Shown piece after piece: positions 1 to 10,062 of a stretch of 64,000 bases of DNA (the stretch's first letter is position 1; every line of letters starts with the position of its first letter). The stretch comes from Verrucomicrobiota bacterium (lineage in GTDB: Bacteria > Verrucomicrobiota > Verrucomicrobiia > Limisphaerales > UBA11358): assembly GCA_049510295.1 (NCBI GenBank), contig JBEKZC010000002.1, positions 57,797 to 121,796 of the forward strand, in the 5' to 3' direction. A model generated the notes under the pieces. It saw nothing but the letters and a program-made list of their open reading frames with translations, was not told the DNA's origin and ran no database searches. The position numbers were made by a program, and so were the translations under genes.

Positions 1-159
1 CAGGCAAAGACGTTGAACGACTACAAAAAATCGCTTGCGCTCGGCGGCTCGCGGCCGTTGCCGGAATTGTTTCAGGCAGCGGGCTGCAAATTTCAATTTG
101 ATGCGGCGACGATCAAGCCGTTGATTGAACTGGCGAGAAGCGAACTGGCGAAATTGTAG
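1..159 (+). CDS. M3-family oligoendopeptidase, C-terminal end (gene begins before the window)
   Basis: Frame +1 reads QAKTLNDYKKSLALGGSRPLPELFQAAGCKFQFDAATIKPLIELARSELAKL*, matching the 'LxLGGSxPLPELFxxAG' tail of M3/PepF-like peptidases. Confidence 0.75.
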   Translation, partial: QAKTLNDYKKSLALGGSRPLPELFQAAGCKFQFDAATIKPLIELARSELAKL

Positions 160-435
160 GACAGGCGGCGCGCCGATCTCCATTTTGCCGGGGCGTGTTC
201 ACAGAATGGGTCTGGGAGCGGGAAGTCATGGACTGCGGCGGCAAACGGAGCGCGACGCCGCTTTGGATCCGGCCCACCACCTTGGTGGTCACACAAAAGC
301 GCTGTCGCCGCTGCGCTCTGCCAGCGCAGTCCAAAAACTGTCGCCGGTTTCAGGCGGCTGCTTTTTTTGAAAACACGCTCCAATGTTTTTTTTGATCCTG
401 AAACAAGTTGGAGACAGGCGCGACGCCTGTCCTAC
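156..435. repeat. Nested REP-like palindromic elements
   Basis: Outer inverted pair GTAGGACAGGCG (156)...CGCCTGTCCTAC (435); inner imperfect inverted ends at 191 and 380 enclosing a TGGACTGCG...CGCAGTCCA doublet (229-333) related to 46595-46695. Confidence 0.7.
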
Positions 436-439
436 GGCG

Positions 440-731
440 GACATCGCACAACTCGGCGCGCTGCAGGTTTGGGCGAATTCAACCCGAACTCCGAAGTTAA
501 ATTTTTGCGTTAGCGGAGTGCGGCCGTCCCGGCCGCAGCCAAGTGGGGTGGGCGAGCAGTGGGGAAATGTTCCGTGGCTTGAATGAAGCCAGTTGCTGCG
601 CCCGAGGACGGGCGCACTCCGACATGGCCTCGTCCGCCCCGCCACCACCGGCAACTTCGGAGTTCGGGTTCAGTGCGAAGATCATTCAACCACTGACGAA
701 ATTACTTCGGGAAGAACTGGGAAAACTTTAA
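440..731 (+). pseudogene. Degenerate second copy of the oligoendopeptidase 3' end, interrupted by a MITE
   Basis: 440-481 encodes DIAQLGALQVWANS (conserved M3 segment); about 669-731 encodes FSAKIIQPLTKLLREELGKL*, paralogous to FDAATIKPLIELARSELAKL*. Confidence 0.65.
481..670. mobile_element. MITE-like element with 18-bp perfect terminal inverted repeats enclosing a REP doublet
   Basis: AACCCGAACTCCGAAGTT (481-498) / AACTTCGGAGTTCGGGTT (653-670); TCA at 479-481 and 670-672 can be read as a 3-bp target duplication. Confidence 0.7.
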
Positions 732-762
732 ACCTGAAGAAAATTTGCAGCCTGTCTGGATA

Positions 763-1011
763 TTAGGCAGCATCTGCTCTCTGTGAAATTTGCTTCCTGC
801 TTTGTTCGCGGCGGATAGAACCTTTGTGGGCACATAGTCCCATAATGAAGGAAAAGCTAAAGAACCCCAATTGTTGAAGGCCGCGCCACGGCTCTCCTAA
901 CGTGAAACCCAATACGGCGCAAGCAATACCACAAAACAGTAAAAACCAAGACAGAACCAAGAAGTCGTACTTGGACGGTCGGTAGCCGATTAACGCTAAA
1001 AATCTTTTCAT
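763..1011 (-). CDS. Small two-helix membrane protein, probable orphan integron gene cassette
   Basis: Lower GC than flanks; two hydrophobic segments; preceded by GTTAGGCAGC and ending in GCTGCCTAA on the minus strand. Confidence 0.6.
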   Translation of the reverse strand: MKRFLALIGYRPSKYDFLVLSWFLLFCGIACAVLGFTLGEPWRGLQQLGFFSFSFIMGLCAHKGSIRREQSRKQISQRADAA

Positions 1012-1073
1012 AATCGCCAACGCTGCCTAACAGCGAGCAGGCGGCATTGTTTGCAGCCTATCCCGTTTGAGAT

Positions 1074-2417
1074 TTACACTTCGATCCCGTACGCCTTGAT
1101 TTTGTTGTAGAGGGTCTGGCGGCCGATGCCGAGGCGTTTGGCGGTTTCGAGCTTGTTCCCGCCGGTTTCCTTGAGCGTCTGGATGATGGCGTTGCGTTCA
1201 ACCCCTTCGAGCAGGGTGAAACTCGTGTCGGTGCCGTCGGTCGAACCGACTTTGGCGTTGGTGACGGAAAGATCAGCCACGTCCACTTCGTTGCCTTCGT
1301 TCAAGAGGACGGCACGCTGGACTTCGTTTTGCAATTGTCGAACGTTGCCCGGCCAGTCAAATGCGGTGAGCCGCTCAACCGCTCCCGGCGTGAAGCCGTT
1401 AATGACGTGATTGGCCTGTGCCGCGAACCGTTTCAAAAATGCGTTCGCCAGCGGCATGATGTCTTCGCGGCGTTCGCGCAGCGGCGGCAGGTGAACCGAA
1501 ATGGCGCTGATGCGGTAATAAAGGTCCTCGCGCAATTTGCCCTCTTTGAGGGCGTCTTCCGGCTTGCGGTTGGTGGAGGCGATGACACGGCAGTTGGTCT
1601 TGTAACTGACCTTGCCGCCGACCGGACGGACTTCCTGGTCCTGCAGAACGCGCAGCAACTTGCTTTGCGTGTCGATGGGCATTTCGGAGATTTCATCGAG
1701 CAGCAACGTGCCGCCTTCAGACTGGCGGAAAAGCCCTTCACGGTCGGTGTGCGCGCCGGTGAACGCGCCTTTGACCGAACCGAACAATTCACTTTCGATC
1801 AATTCGCGAGGCAGGGCAGCGCAATTGATTTTGATGATTTTGTTTTTGCTGCGCGGACTGAGCGCGTGGAGGAGGTCGGAGATGACTTCCTTGCCGGTGC
1901 CGCTTTCGCCGGTGATGAGCACGGTGACGTCGCTGGGGGCAATGCGTTCAATGGTGCGCACGACTTCCTGCATGGATGCGCTGCGGAAGATCGGCGACGC
2001 CGTGCCGCTCATCGTTTCCAATGCGCGCCGGAGCGTGTTGTTTTCCTGGTTTTGTTCCTTGCGTTCGACGGCGCACTTGACGTCGGCCAGCAGTTTTTCG
2101 TTTTCAAACGGCTTGGAGAGAAAGTTATAAGCGCCGCCGCGTCCGGCTTCGACGGCCATGCTGATGGTGCCGTGTCCGGTGAGCACGATGACCTCGGTGT
2201 CGGGCCAGCGCTTTTTGATTTGCGGCAGCAATTCCAAGCCGTTAGCATCCGGCAATATCACGTCGAGCAGCACCACGTCGGGCGGCGGCTGGGCAAAGGC
2301 CTTTTGCACCGCCGCGCCGTTGTTGGCCTGGTCGACTTCGTACTGATCTTCGAGCACCGAGGCGAGTAAATTCCGCACATCCGCCTGGTCGTCCACGATG
2401 AGAATTTTGGCTTTCAT
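1074..2417 (-). CDS. Sigma-54-dependent response regulator (NtrC/AtoC family)
   Basis: Receiver domain (ILIVDD, LLD), Walker A GESGTGKE, GAFTGA, WPGNVRQL, Fis-type HTH. Confidence 0.95.
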   Translation of the reverse strand: MKAKILIVDDQADVRNLLASVLEDQYEVDQANNGAAVQKAFAQPPPDVVLLDVILPDANGLELLPQIKKRWPDTEVIVLTGHGTISMAVEAGRGGAYNFLSKPFENEKLLADVKCAVERKEQNQENNTLRRALETMSGTASPIFRSASMQEVVRTIERIAPSDVTVLITGESGTGKEVISDLLHALSPRSKNKIIKINCAALPRELIESELFGSVKGAFTGAHTDREGLFRQSEGGTLLLDEISEMPIDTQSKLLRVLQDQEVRPVGGKVSYKTNCRVIASTNRKPEDALKEGKLREDLYYRISAISVHLPPLRERREDIMPLANAFLKRFAAQANHVINGFTPGAVERLTAFDWPGNVRQLQNEVQRAVLLNEGNEVDVADLSVTNAKVGSTDGTDTSFTLLEGVERNAIIQTLKETGGNKLETAKRLGIGRQTLYNKIKAYGIEV

Positions 2418-2419
2418 GT

Positions 2420-3184
2420 TTAACGTTTCCGCCTGCATGCTTCGACAAACCGGCGAAAAATCGCCCGGTGTTCAGCATATCGTTCACTCAATCGTTCGGG
2501 ATGAAATTGCACACTCAATAAAAACGGCATTGCCCGCGCCATGTCCGGTCTCAATTCCATCGCTTCCACTATTCCATCCTGCGTTCGCGCCACAGCCATT
2601 AACGGTTCCGCCGGTTTCAAAACGGCCTGATGATGCGAACTGTTCACACCCAAAACCCGCTTCCGCACCATCTTGGCCAGTAACGAACCCGATGTCAATG
2701 GCACTTCATGCACTAATTCACCCGCTTTGTCCATGCGCCAATGGTTCAGCGCGCCGGGCATCTGACGGCGAATATCCGCAATCAACCGCCCGCCCAGCGC
2801 GATGTTCAACATTTGATGCCCGCGGCAAATTGCCAGAAGCGGTTTATGCTGGCGAAAAATTTCGTCAATTAAAATCAGTTCGCGCCAATCACGCCCGCCG
2901 CCATCGGGCGTCAGGCCGACGGCTTGGCGGACGGCCCGCGGAAGGTTTTTGTCGTAAAGGTCGGGATTGATGTCGTCACCGCCGGTCAACAACACACCAT
3001 CCGCGCGGCGGACGATTTCAGCGAGCATCTGCCGGTCAGTCGTCGTTGGCGTGGTGACGGGAATGCCACCGGCCTCGAGCACGGCATTTTCGTACTTGAC
3101 CGAAAGGCTGACGGAAAGGTCATGAAACTCGACACCCCGTTTCTCAATGCTCGGCGAAACAATAATCAAAGGCGGTTTGGCCAT
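2420..3184 (-). CDS. Class I glutamine amidotransferase, peptidase C26/PuuD-like
   Basis: LLTGGDDI, AICRGHQ nucleophile, VNSSHHQ, VQFHPE catalytic motif. Confidence 0.9.
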   Translation of the reverse strand: MAKPPLIIVSPSIEKRGVEFHDLSVSLSVKYENAVLEAGGIPVTTPTTTDRQMLAEIVRRADGVLLTGGDDINPDLYDKNLPRAVRQAVGLTPDGGGRDWRELILIDEIFRQHKPLLAICRGHQMLNIALGGRLIADIRRQMPGALNHWRMDKAGELVHEVPLTSGSLLAKMVRKRVLGVNSSHHQAVLKPAEPLMAVARTQDGIVEAMELRPDMARAMPFLLSVQFHPERLSERYAEHRAIFRRFVEACRRKR

Positions 3185-3646
3185 CCACGTGAAATGTAAG
3201 GGGACAGGGTTGTTTTGTCAGGAGAAAACGAATGTCAGTCTTCACAACATGTTGTCATAAGCCTAGTTATAACTATTTCAAAAACCTGGCCTGATTTAAG
3301 CTTGAGGGATGGTATGAGAGTAGATGCGGTCAAAATAAATCGAAGTGGCATTTATAATTTGATCAACACCGTAGCCCCCACAAATCATGCATTGAAGGCC
3401 GAATTTGACGCCATTGGTTCAGTGATTGTCGTTGGCCTGTTCCTCGGAATCGTATCTTTGGTGCGATTTGTTTTGGTTTGGGTGCAGTGATTGTGGGACT
3501 GTAGCGTGCCATTTTGAGGCAGGCGCTTGGGAAACAACCTTGGTATTCCGGCGCAGTTCAATTTCCACTTCGGAAAAGTGCTTGCAAAACAACTTTACCG
3601 GCTTACGTTTGACCATCGCAGCTAAAGAACAAAATGAGAGAAAGTT

Positions 3647-4012
3647 ATGGTCAAAATGCAAAGCAAAAGCCTGTCGAAACCCGATGAACTTCGCTCGTTC
3701 GACAAGGGCAAACTCGAACTCATCACACTCGGCGGCGTCACGTTTGGTCGCGCCACACTCCAGCCGGGCTGGAAATGGTCAACGTCGCTCAAGGCGCTGA
3801 TGAAAACCAAAAGTTGTGAGGCCCCGCACCTGCAGTATCACGTTTCGGGACGGATTGCCGTTTTGATGGACGACGGCAGTCAGGCGGAGTTCGGGCCGGG
3901 GGAAGTGTCACTGATCCCGCCGGGCCACGACGCGTGGGTTGTGGGCAGTGAGCCGGTCGTGGTGATTGATATTACCGGCATGGTCGAATACGCCAGGCCG
4001 CACGCGCACTAA
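3647..4012 (+). CDS. Cupin-domain protein
   Basis: PGWKWS, CEAPHLQYHVSG and IPPGHDAWVVG cupin motifs. Confidence 0.85.
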   Translation: MVKMQSKSLSKPDELRSFDKGKLELITLGGVTFGRATLQPGWKWSTSLKALMKTKSCEAPHLQYHVSGRIAVLMDDGSQAEFGPGEVSLIPPGHDAWVVGSEPVVVIDITGMVEYARPHAH

Positions 4013-4081
4013 ATTTTTGCTTCGGGAAGACGCTCGCGGATCCGGCGGGCGCACGGACTGTTCGTTTGGGACGGCAGTCGT

Positions 4082-5200
4082 TCATTTTTGCAGCAGCGCC
4101 CAGGCACACCACAACACGGGCGCCTGGCCGTGCAGGTCGCCGACGGCCCGCGGACGGTTCAAATAGTATTCAGTGTCCTGGTTCTGGCCCGTACCGACGC
4201 AAATTTCGCGGACGTTGCCATCCGCATCAACATAGCCGCACAAGCCAATCCAGCCTTTGCGCGCGCAATCGCCGTATTCCTTTGCCTCCAGCCAGCCATG
4301 CTGGACACCCACAATCATCGCGTAGGTGAACATGCCCGTGCAGGAGGTCTCGACCCACGATTGGTCGTCGTCAATGAGCTGCCGCCACAAACCGGATGGC
4401 GCTTGATAACGCTGCAGCCCGGCCATCATTTTGCGGTAGCCGTCCATCAACCGCGCGTATTTCGGGTGGTCCGGTGGAAGCGAACTGAGCACTTCGGCGA
4501 GCGCAACCGCGAACCAGCCGTTGCCCCGGCCCCAATAGTGCGGAACTTCCGGGCCGTGATAAAACAGGCCGTTGGTTTTTTGCAATTTATCGAGGTAGGC
4601 GGCAAGCTGCATCGCAGCCCGGTCGGCGTATTTCGGGTCCTTCGTCGCGCGATAGGCCTGGATTTGCAGGCTGCCGATCATGAACGCGTCGTCCACCCAC
4701 CAGCGGGTTTCGCGCGTGAGGCCGTCGGGCAACGGGTCCTCCCATTGCTGGTCGGCGAGGTCACGTCCGGGGTTGAGGTAACGTTCGTCGCCCGTCTCCA
4801 GATAAATTTCCAGCGGCACGATGCCAAAGACGCGGAAATCCACGTGGCGGTTCGTCGAAACCAGTTTTTGACCTTCCGGCGTCAAAATCACCGAGTAACG
4901 CCCGGCGAGTTTTTGCAACAATGCCTTGTCGCCCGCCGCCCCCGCGAAACGCAGCGCGCCGAACGCAGTGCAGGCTTCGGGATAAACGATGCAACCGGCC
5001 TTGTTGGTCAGATAATCGCGCTGGAGAAAATTCCGCGCCACCTTTTGGCCGACGGTTTTGGGGTCGGCATTCGTCGGCCAGTTTTGGAAAAGGCCGGTGC
5101 TTTTTTCACCGGCGTCCGTTTTGCCTTTTTCAGCGACGCAACCTCCCGTCAAAATTGCGCTGAGGGACAATGTCATTGCCAGCCGAAGAGGTATGTACAT
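4082..5200 (-). CDS. GH105/GH88 unsaturated glycuronyl hydrolase, probable lipoprotein
   Basis: WVDDAFM, WGRGNGW, ETSCTGMF motifs; N-terminal hydrophobic stretch ending LTGGC. Confidence 0.88.
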   Translation of the reverse strand: MYIPLRLAMTLSLSAILTGGCVAEKGKTDAGEKSTGLFQNWPTNADPKTVGQKVARNFLQRDYLTNKAGCIVYPEACTAFGALRFAGAAGDKALLQKLAGRYSVILTPEGQKLVSTNRHVDFRVFGIVPLEIYLETGDERYLNPGRDLADQQWEDPLPDGLTRETRWWVDDAFMIGSLQIQAYRATKDPKYADRAAMQLAAYLDKLQKTNGLFYHGPEVPHYWGRGNGWFAVALAEVLSSLPPDHPKYARLMDGYRKMMAGLQRYQAPSGLWRQLIDDDQSWVETSCTGMFTYAMIVGVQHGWLEAKEYGDCARKGWIGLCGYVDADGNVREICVGTGQNQDTEYYLNRPRAVGDLHGQAPVLWCAWALLQK

Positions 5201-5248
5201 GGTGTGTCTTTAACCCAAATCGCCCCGGTTCGTCCAGCCGCATGCGCA

Positions 5249-5518
5249 TTAAATTTTCACCTCGGGAAACCGTTCGCGGATCCGGCGGCGAAGACGCTCC
5301 TCATGCTCCGGTTGCAAACGGCGGCGGGTGATGAGCCGTTGCACCGCGTCGAGCAATTCCAGCCAATCTTCCAATGGCGGTTCCAGCACGGGTTGCCATT
5401 GATCAAAACGCTTTTCGCGTTGGAAAAACCGCCACTCGCGGCTCACGCGTTGGGCATTAACCTGCAGCTTCACGCCGTCGTCGGTCACCCGTTTCCAACT
5501 GATTTCAGCTTTCGGCAT
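5249..5518 (-). CDS. Small hypothetical protein
   Basis: ATG start, tight coupling to the upstream gene, protein-like composition. Confidence 0.7.
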   Translation of the reverse strand: MPKAEISWKRVTDDGVKLQVNAQRVSREWRFFQREKRFDQWQPVLEPPLEDWLELLDAVQRLITRRRLQPEHEERLRRRIRERFPEVKI

Positions 5519-5520
5519 TT

Positions 5521-7509
5521 TTAATTTTGCGGATGAGATTCAAATTTCCGGGATTCGGCTTCCGATGTCGATTTTGCAGGAACGCGCCCGGATTGATAGG
5601 CTTTTAATTCTGCGGTAATTTGACCGGTCAAGGATTCCAACTGGTTTGCGGTGGCAATTTTCAGCGCAAGGTCTGCCGTGGAAATGGCGTTTGAAAAATC
5701 CCCTTCGGCAGCGTATGTCCTCGCCAGGGTTTTGAGAAAAAATGGCGATCGGTTGTGGGTGATTTCGTTGGCCTGTAATGACCATTTCACTGCTTCAGCG
5801 GGATTTTGTAATTTTGGCTGGGAACAGGTCGCCAGCAGAAGCGCCAGGCGGTCCAAGGCTTCCGGCCAGTCGGGATCGAGTCGCACGGCTTTGGAAAAAT
5901 TGGTTGCGGCGGCCTCGTCGTGTCCGAGTTGTTGTTCAAATTTTCCGAGATTGAAATAAGGCTTCGGGTAATCCGGCTGAATTTGAATCGCCCGGTTAAA
6001 TTCCTTTATTGCTTCCGAAATTTTGCCCTCTTGTCCCAGCGCTGCGCCGAGGCTGTTGTGAAGAATCGGGCTGCCGGGCATTTGCTTGAGGGCTTCAGAC
6101 AGATGGATTTCCGCCTCGCCGAATCGTCCGGCTTCAATCAGTTCACGTCCAAGGTGGTATTGAAATTCAACGTCACCTGGTTTGATATGCACGGCTTGCC
6201 GGTAATGTTCGATGGCTTCGTCCTGCTTTCCGTCTCCGGACAAAACGGCACCCAACAGATCGTGGGCGGCGGCGTTTCTTGGGTTCACCCCAATGGCTTG
6301 TTTGAATAATTCAACACTGTTGCGCCAGCACATGATTTGCTGGCGGGTGAGCAACAGACAGAAAAAAATAAAGAGGCAACTCAAGGTCACGGCGATCAGC
6401 CGGGAATGCGGCCTTGACCGCACCCATTCGTTCAGTCCGCCGGCGGCCATCAAAAACAAACCCAACAAAGGAACGTAGGTGTAACGGTCGGCCAGCGCCT
6501 GCGATCCGATTTGCACGATGCCGATTACTGGAACGAGCGTTCCCAAAAACCAAAACCAACCTGTCAGCAGCCATGAAAATTTAAGCCGCCAGTGAAAAAC
6601 CAGACCGGTCACCGCCGCCAGCAAAACGCCTGACCCGGCGGCAGCCAGAACCGGCAACCTTTCCGGCAGCGGGTAAAGAACGCAAAGATTGACCGGCCAG
6701 ACCACCTTCGAGATGTAGTTTGCATAAGCCACCGGCACGTTAAAAACCCGCAGGGTGAGCGGCACTTCATGCAGCGATTTCACTGCGCCGCTTGAGTTTT
6801 GCGCCATCAGCGTGACGATGATGGCCACACCCGTCAAAATAAAGAATGGCAGCTTCTCCAAAAACAAATGGCCCCAGGTTTTTCCAGCCAGCGTCCCGCC
6901 GTTCATCCGGCGCAAAGGCCAGTAATCAAGCAGCAGCAACAGGCAGGGCAAGGTGACGAGCATCGGCTTGGACATCAATCCCAGGGCAAACAACCCCAAT
7001 GTCAGCGCATATCTTCCCGGCCCTGGTTTTTCCACATAATTCAAATAAGCCCAGAGGGTGAGAATCAAAAAAAACATGCTCAAAACATTTTTCCGCTCCG
7101 CAACCCAGGCCACGGATTCCACGTTCAATGGATGCCATGCAAATAATGCCGCGACCAGCGCACCGGTCCAAAAAGATTGCGTCAGGCGTTTGAACAGCAG
7201 CCATATCAACAGCGCATTGACCGAATGAAGCAGCAGGTTGGTCAGGTGGTGGCCGCCGGCAAATAGTCCATAAACAGAACAATCCGCCATGTGTGAAAGC
7301 ATGGTAAGCGGATGCCAGTTTCCTCCGACGACAGCAGTGCCGGCCCATTTCATTCCCTCCCCGGACAGGCCTTTGACCACCACGGGATTTTCATAGACAT
7401 ACAACTGGTCGTCGTATGCGGCAAAAGGAAAAGTCGTCACCGGCCAATACAACGCAAACGTGATGATGAGCAACCCAAGTCCAACTGCCAGGCTGCGGCG
7501 ACTTTTCAT
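5521..7509 (-). CDS. Membrane GT-C (TMTC-like) protein with C-terminal TPR repeats
   Basis: YDD, WHPLT, HPLNVESVAW, ADRYTY motifs, many TM helices, TPR repeats. Confidence 0.88.
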   Translation of the reverse strand: MKSRRSLAVGLGLLIITFALYWPVTTFPFAAYDDQLYVYENPVVVKGLSGEGMKWAGTAVVGGNWHPLTMLSHMADCSVYGLFAGGHHLTNLLLHSVNALLIWLLFKRLTQSFWTGALVAALFAWHPLNVESVAWVAERKNVLSMFFLILTLWAYLNYVEKPGPGRYALTLGLFALGLMSKPMLVTLPCLLLLLDYWPLRRMNGGTLAGKTWGHLFLEKLPFFILTGVAIIVTLMAQNSSGAVKSLHEVPLTLRVFNVPVAYANYISKVVWPVNLCVLYPLPERLPVLAAAGSGVLLAAVTGLVFHWRLKFSWLLTGWFWFLGTLVPVIGIVQIGSQALADRYTYVPLLGLFLMAAGGLNEWVRSRPHSRLIAVTLSCLFIFFCLLLTRQQIMCWRNSVELFKQAIGVNPRNAAAHDLLGAVLSGDGKQDEAIEHYRQAVHIKPGDVEFQYHLGRELIEAGRFGEAEIHLSEALKQMPGSPILHNSLGAALGQEGKISEAIKEFNRAIQIQPDYPKPYFNLGKFEQQLGHDEAAATNFSKAVRLDPDWPEALDRLALLLATCSQPKLQNPAEAVKWSLQANEITHNRSPFFLKTLARTYAAEGDFSNAISTADLALKIATANQLESLTGQITAELKAYQSGRVPAKSTSEAESRKFESHPQN

Positions 7510-7518
7510 GTGTGCGAT

Positions 7519-7992
7519 TTAGCAGTCGATGCCCGCCACGGCCATCGCGGCGATGCCTTCCTCGCGTCCGACGAACCCCATTTTTTCGTTCGTGGTGGCT
7601 TTCACGCCGATTTGTTTTTCGGAAACCCCGAGCGCGGCGGCAATGCGCTTCTTCATTTCGGCAATGTGCGGATATATTTTAGGCTCCTGCGCGATGATGG
7701 TCGCGTCCACGTTGACGATTTTGCCTTTGCGCTTCGCAACCTGCCTGGCGGCTTCTTCAAGGAACACCTTGCTGGGCGCGCCTTTCCAGCGCGGGTCGGT
7801 GTTCGGGAAAAAATGGCCGATGTCCGGCTCGCCGAGCGCGCCGAGGAGCGCGTCGCAAATCGCGTGCATGAGCGCGTCGGCGTCCGAATGGCCGTCCAGG
7901 CCTTTGGTGTGCGGGATCTCGACGCCGCCGAGGATGAGTTTGCGTCCCGCGACCAATTGATGAACGTCATAGCCGATGCCAACGTGAACCAT
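7519..7992 (-). CDS. ispF: 2-C-methyl-D-erythritol 2,4-cyclodiphosphate synthase
   Basis: GIGYDVH, GHSDAD, DIGHFFP, KATTNEKMGFVGREEG. Confidence 0.97.
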   Translation of the reverse strand: MVHVGIGYDVHQLVAGRKLILGGVEIPHTKGLDGHSDADALMHAICDALLGALGEPDIGHFFPNTDPRWKGAPSKVFLEEAARQVAKRKGKIVNVDATIIAQEPKIYPHIAEMKKRIAAALGVSEKQIGVKATTNEKMGFVGREEGIAAMAVAGIDC

Positions 7993-8028
7993 GCCCGACT
8001 ATAAAACCGGCGTGCCTGCCGACCAAGT

Positions 8029-9198
8029 TTATTTCTCTCCCGGCGGCAGCGTGAAGAAAAACGCCGCGCCCTTGCCCAACTCGCTTTTCACCCAGACCTT
8101 GCCGCCGTGGTTTTGCACGATGTGTTTGACGATGGACAAACCCAGGCCCGTCCCGCCTTGCTCGCGCGACCGCGCCTTGTCCACGCGGTAAAACCGCTCG
8201 AACACACGGTCAAGCGCTTCGGGTGGAATGCCCGGCCCGTCGTCCTGCACAAAAATTTCAATCTTGTCCGTGTCGGCCTTGCGCCCGCCGATGATGACCG
8301 TGCCATCCGCGCGGCCATATTTGATGGCGTTGTCCACGAGGTTCGCGAGGACCTGTTCGAGCCGGTTTGCGTCCGCCATCGCGGTGAGTTCGGGCAAATC
8401 GTTGACGAGTTTCACGTCTTTCGCGTCGGTGCGCGTTTTGAGGTCGGCCAGAACTTTTTCAGCGAGCGGACGCAGCGGGACGGGCTGCAAATTCAATGTA
8501 ATCCGCCCGGATTCCAGGGCGGAAATGGTGAGCAGGTCTTGAATCAGCAAATCGAGCCGGCTGGTGTTGCGTTCGATGATTTTGAGAAAGCGCTCGGCGA
8601 CTTCGGGGTTGTCGCGCGCGCCGTCGAGCAGCGTTTCGACGTAACCTTTGATGAGCGAAAGCGGCGTGCGCAACTCGTGGCTGACGTTGGCGACAAATTC
8701 CTCGCGGGTGCGCTCCAGTTGCTTGAGCCGGGTCAAATCGTGAAAGACGAGAATCGTGCCTTCGCGTTCGCCGGCGGAATTGGAAATGGCGGCGGCGTTG
8801 ACCTGCAACCAGCGTTCACTCAACTCCGGCAGCTTCAGTTCGTAATCGAAAACCTGTCCATCGCTTTCGACGCGCTCGACCAGCGCGGCGAGTTCATGCA
8901 GGCGCAGGGCTTCCATGACAGTTTTGCCGCGCAGCTCGGTTTTCAGGCCGAAAAGATTTTTGAACGCGCGATTGGCGAGATAAATCCGGCGGTTGCGGTC
9001 GAGCAACAGCAAACCCTCCAGCATGCTGTTGAACAGGACCTGTTGTTGGGCCTTGGCGTCAATCGTCGTTTGCTGGTGCCGCCGTTGCAGCTCCTCGATT
9101 TCGGCCTGCACTTGGCGCTGCTGGCGGAGAAATTTATGCCGCCACCGGAAATGAATTCCTGCGGCTGCGGCAATGGCGATGATCAAGGCAGCCCACAT
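8029..9198 (-). CDS. phoR: Phosphate regulon sensor histidine kinase
   Basis: TM + PAS + FVANVSHELRTPL + FERFYRVDKARSR/GGTGLGL; downstream of a phoB-like gene. Confidence 0.85.
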   Translation of the reverse strand: MWAALIIAIAAAAGIHFRWRHKFLRQQRQVQAEIEELQRRHQQTTIDAKAQQQVLFNSMLEGLLLLDRNRRIYLANRAFKNLFGLKTELRGKTVMEALRLHELAALVERVESDGQVFDYELKLPELSERWLQVNAAAISNSAGEREGTILVFHDLTRLKQLERTREEFVANVSHELRTPLSLIKGYVETLLDGARDNPEVAERFLKIIERNTSRLDLLIQDLLTISALESGRITLNLQPVPLRPLAEKVLADLKTRTDAKDVKLVNDLPELTAMADANRLEQVLANLVDNAIKYGRADGTVIIGGRKADTDKIEIFVQDDGPGIPPEALDRVFERFYRVDKARSREQGGTGLGLSIVKHIVQNHGGKVWVKSELGKGAAFFFTLPPGEK

Positions 9199-9228
9199 GG
9201 GGATGAAATCCGGGGTTCAAACGGGGAA

Positions 9229-9330
9229 AACATCCAACATCCAACATCCAACATCCAACGCCCAATGACTTGGCGGCGGGTGCCATTGGATGTTGGGTCC
9301 CGCTTTGCGGGATTCAATGTTCGATGTTCC
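9229..9330. repeat. Inverted heptamer tandem repeats (AACATCC)n / (GATGTTG/C)n
   Basis: Directly visible; same family at about 14308-14400 and 46765-46866. Confidence 0.8.
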
Positions 9331-9340
9331 CAGCTTTTGT

Positions 9341-10033
9341 TCACTCCACAAATCGGTACCCGACACCGCGGACGGTGTCCAGATGCTTCGCTGCCGGGCC
9401 GAGCTTTTCGCGGAGGCGGCGCATGTGCGTGTCCACCGTGCGCGTGTCAATCAGACTGTCGTATTCCCACACGTCCCGCAGCAAAGCGTCTCGGGATTGC
9501 ACGCGGCCGGCGCGTTGCGCGAGGGTGGTGAGCAGCTTGAACTCGGTTGCGGTCAGTTCAAATGCCCGGCCCTTCCAGTTCGCCAGGTGATGCGGTACGT
9601 CAATCAGTAAATCGCCGAAGCGCATCTGTTCGCGCGGTTTTTCCCCGGTTTCGCCGCGCGAAAGAATTTTTTTGATGCGGAGCAGCAGTTCGCGCGGGCT
9701 GAAGGGCTTGGTCAGGTAATCGTCCGCGCCCAGTTCCAGGCCGAGCACCCGGTCAATCTCCGCGGCCTTGGCCGTGAGCATGATAATGGGGACTTTGGCG
9801 GTGGCCGGATCGAGCCGCAGCGCCTTGCAAATCTCAAAACCGTCCATTTCCGGCAGCATCACGTCGAGCACCACCAAATCCGGCGTTTGGCTCCGGACCT
9901 TTTTCAGCGCCTCTGCGCCGTCCGCCGCCGTCATTACCGCATAGCCGGCCTGCTTGAGGTTGAACTCCACGAGTTCAACCGCCTCCGGTTCGTCATCCAC
10001 CACCAATATTCGCGGCTTCACCCTCAGTTGCAT
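9341..10033 (-). CDS. phoB: Phosphate regulon response regulator (OmpR family)
   Basis: Receiver + winged helix (RTVDTHMRRLREKL, TVRGVGYRF); start moved to ATG at 10033 just below a Pho-box array. Confidence 0.88.
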   Translation of the reverse strand: MQLRVKPRILVVDDEPEAVELVEFNLKQAGYAVMTAADGAEALKKVRSQTPDLVVLDVMLPEMDGFEICKALRLDPATAKVPIIMLTAKAAEIDRVLGLELGADDYLTKPFSPRELLLRIKKILSRGETGEKPREQMRFGDLLIDVPHHLANWKGRAFELTATEFKLLTTLAQRAGRVQSRDALLRDVWEYDSLIDTRTVDTHMRRLREKLGPAAKHLDTVRGVGYRFVE

Positions 10034-10062
10034 ATCACGCGCGCCATTGTTACACAATTTCA

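Noticed and set aside
3215-3490. Possible small membrane protein and Pho-like half-sites near 3241-3270
   Set aside because: Start and coding status unsupported; half-site spacing is 12-13 bp rather than 11
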